IMG/VR virus record: IMGVR_UViG_2740892028_000002
Direction: 5' to 3' (one strand)
Source: a virus
Taxonomy: Duplodnaviria > Heunggongvirae > Uroviricota > Caudoviricetes
DNA length: 17,526 nt
Part shown: one piece after another, positions 15,487 through 17,526 of the stretch
Position numbering within the stretch: the stretch's first letter is position 1
Layout of the letters: the number at the start of each line of letters is the position of its first letter
Position numbers and translations under genes: made by a program
The notes under the pieces: generated by a model
What the model was told of the DNA's origin: nothing
What the model saw: the letters and a program-made list of their open reading frames with translations, nothing else
Databases searched by the model: none

Positions 15487-15567
15487 GTTTTACAGATAAC
15501 TGGTCAGACGAAGAATTCATTCGTCAGATGAACAAAATGCTCAATCAGCACAAAGAACAGGAGAAAG

Positions 15568-15879
15568 ATGATGATTCTGACTCTGAATGATAAGCGTGAA
15601 ATATCGCAAATAATCGCAAGTTTTACTGATGAAGATTACGAACGAATCAACAGTGAAGTTGATCGCCTCTGCAAACGTTGCGACCCAATAAGCGAAATGC
15701 TTCGCTCATATAAACCAGATGAACACACTAAGGACGCTATCGACTGGCTGGAAGATGATGACTGTGACTATCAGGAAAAAGCCGCTGAATGGTTCTGGGA
15801 TGCAATAACCGAAAGAGTTAAGGCTGAATATGCCTTCGCAATATTCAAACGCAGACACATTTATGGAGAAGCAGCATGA
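15568..15879 (+). CDS. hypothetical acidic protein upstream of recT
   Basis: 103-aa ORF; ATGA overlap with the recT start. Confidence 0.5.
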   Translation: MMILTLNDKREISQIIASFTDEDYERINSEVDRLCKRCDPISEMLRSYKPDEHTKDAIDWLEDDDCDYQEKAAEWFWDAITERVKAEYAFAIFKRRHIYGEAA

Positions 15880-16787
15880 GCAATATCGTTGAATTCGTTA
15901 AACAGCAGGAGCAGTTATTCTGCGGAGCATTGACTGAACAGACGGTGACATGGGCTAAGGAAAGCCAGTTTGCAATTCAGTATTTCCAGAAAAATGATTA
16001 CCTGGCTAAAACGGCACTGGCAAATCCAACCAGCGCACAGAACGCCATCATCAATGTTGCGGCGATCGGCATCACCTTAAACCCGGCCAGCAAACTTGCT
16101 TATCTAGTTCCGCGCGACGGCATGGTTTGCCTTGATATCAGCTATATGGGATTGCTCCATATTGCAATGGAGTCTGGTGTTATCTCATGGGGTCAGGCAA
16201 AACTTGTTCATGCTAACGATACCTATGAGTCAAACGGGCTTGATAAAGCACCAACCCATAAATACAACGCCTTCGGTGATCGTGGTGATATCGTTGGCGT
16301 TTACTGCACAGTTAAGACGCCGGCAGGTGATTATCTAACGGAAGAGATGAGTATTGCTGAAATTGAGGCTGTAAGGAAAACAAGCAAGGCGGCATTCAGC
16401 GATAAAGGACCATGGGTAAATCACTGGAATGAGATGGCGCGAAAGACGGTCGTGAAGCGTGCAAGCAAGTATTGGCCTAAGGCATCACGTCTTGATAGTG
16501 CTATTCACGTACTAAACGAAGAAGAAGGTGTATGGACTGAACCAGTTATGCCGCACAAATCAGAGGAAGATATCCGCGAAGATGAACGGAAACGCCAGCA
16601 GGAAATAATGGATAAAGCACAACTTCTTTGCGATGAAATGGCTCAGGCAGAAAACATGGATGATTTGAAGCGATATTTTGCAGAAGCATATCGCCTGACA
16701 TCTAGAATGAAATTGCAGCAGAACGTACAAGCCATTTACATAGAATGCAAAGCGAAACTGGAGGTTGCCAGTGAGCAAACTGTATGA
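15876..16787 (+). CDS. recT: RecT-family single-strand annealing recombinase
   Basis: 303-aa ORF; GPWVNHWNEMARKTVVKRASKYWP matches the conserved RecT core (GPWVTHWEEMAKKTAIRRLFKYLP in E. coli RecT). Confidence 0.85.
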   Translation: MSNIVEFVKQQEQLFCGALTEQTVTWAKESQFAIQYFQKNDYLAKTALANPTSAQNAIINVAAIGITLNPASKLAYLVPRDGMVCLDISYMGLLHIAMESGVISWGQAKLVHANDTYESNGLDKAPTHKYNAFGDRGDIVGVYCTVKTPAGDYLTEEMSIAEIEAVRKTSKAAFSDKGPWVNHWNEMARKTVVKRASKYWPKASRLDSAIHVLNEEEGVWTEPVMPHKSEEDIREDERKRQQEIMDKAQLLCDEMAQAENMDDLKRYFAEAYRLTSRMKLQQNVQAIYIECKAKLEVASEQTV

Positions 16788-17253
16788 AATAGCCAATGAA
16801 TACGCAAAATTGATGGATTCAGATTTAGAGCCAGAGATGATTGCTGACACAATAGAAGGCATGGAAGGAGAATTTACCGATAAAATAGAGCAACTTCTCG
16901 CCATTATTAAAAATGAATCTGGTTATGCTGAACGCCTCAAGGAAGAGGCAAAGTCACTAAATGAGCGAGCCGCAGTAATTCAAAATAAGATTGACAGCAT
17001 TATGGCGTATATAGCGTCATCGCTTGAAATGGTTGGCAAGAAAAAGATTCGAGCAGGTATTCACCAGGTAACAATCCGCAAACCGTCAGAAACTGTAGAA
17101 ATCATCGACTCAAGCGCCCTTCCTCCTGAATACGTTGAGTTCGAAACGACAATTAAAGCCGACAAGCTGGCAATCAAACACCAACTAAAAGCAGGAATAA
17201 ATATCCCCGGTGCTCAACTCAAAGTTGGGAAACCTTCACTTCTTATCAAATAA
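16771..17253 (+). CDS. Gp157-like coiled-coil protein, recombination-module partner
   Basis: Family assignment from recollection of Gp157-like proteins that accompany phage RecT/Erf genes; start taken at GTG 16771 (GGAGG 7 nt upstream) rather than the TTG at 16765. Confidence 0.5.
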   Translation: MSKLYEIANEYAKLMDSDLEPEMIADTIEGMEGEFTDKIEQLLAIIKNESGYAERLKEEAKSLNERAAVIQNKIDSIMAYIASSLEMVGKKKIRAGIHQVTIRKPSETVEIIDSSALPPEYVEFETTIKADKLAIKHQLKAGINIPGAQLKVGKPSLLIK

Positions 17254-17264
17254 CGGTATCGCCT

Positions 17265-17465
17265 ATGAAAAAGACTCCATGGGAGAAATGGGAAGTCGAT
17301 TTCTTGCGCGAAGTGGCGGCGACAATGCCAGTTGAAGTTATCGCAGAAAAACTGGAAAGGACTGAAAAAGCAGTAATGGCGAAAGCAACAAGGATTGGCG
17401 CTGACATTGTTAGCCGACTTCGTGGAAGACGATGGACAAGAGCCGAAGTATCACTTTTCGGGTAA
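17265..17465 (+). CDS. hypothetical protein
   Basis: 66-aa ORF with weak SD; last complete ORF before the window end. Confidence 0.35.
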   Translation: MKKTPWEKWEVDFLREVAATMPVEVIAEKLERTEKAVMAKATRIGADIVSRLRGRRWTRAEVSLFG

Positions 17466-17526
17466 TGACTCCAACTTATTGATAGTGTTTTATGTTCAGA
17501 TAATGCCCGATGACTTTGTCATGCAG

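Larger units (their letters stand above)
1..17526. mobile_element. lambdoid prophage segment (partial; packaging end to early-left recombination module)
   Basis: Gene order terminase-small / lysis S-R-Rz / Q / nin / helicase / O-like / cII / cro / cI / N / cIII / recT, with divergent cro-cI and operator palindromes; no phage ends or att sites in window. Confidence 0.9.

Overview
The window is an internal segment of a mosaic lambdoid prophage (lambda/P22 hybrid type, enterobacterial); both ends run off the window. No tRNA, rRNA, CRISPR array or transposase was seen. Calls rest on reading the ORF translations and DNA motifs by eye and on recalled protein families; no database search was run. 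Minus strand, in transcription order from high to low coordinates: cro, cII, an O-like replication initiator with an embedded iteron origin, a DnaB-like helicase, a terminator, a four-gene accessory cluster, a lambda-like nin region (NinB, D, E, F, G, H, NinI phosphatase; NinC absent, one extra gene), Q antiterminator with a compact pR'/tR' unit, a lambda-like late leader, the lysis cassette S-R-Rz/Rz1, a terminator, a KilA-N moron cluster and a small terminase subunit. Plus strand: cI repressor (leaderless from pRM), a low-GC two-gene cassette in the rexAB-equivalent position with its own promoter-like sequence and terminator, then the pL operon with P22-type nutL and N, several small unknown early genes punctuated by terminators, a cIII-like gene and a RecT recombination module. 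The best candidates for undescribed functions are the small accessory cassettes at the classic moron positions: downstream of cI, between N and cIII, between helicase and ninB, and downstream of Rz. None contains a large enzyme I can recognise.
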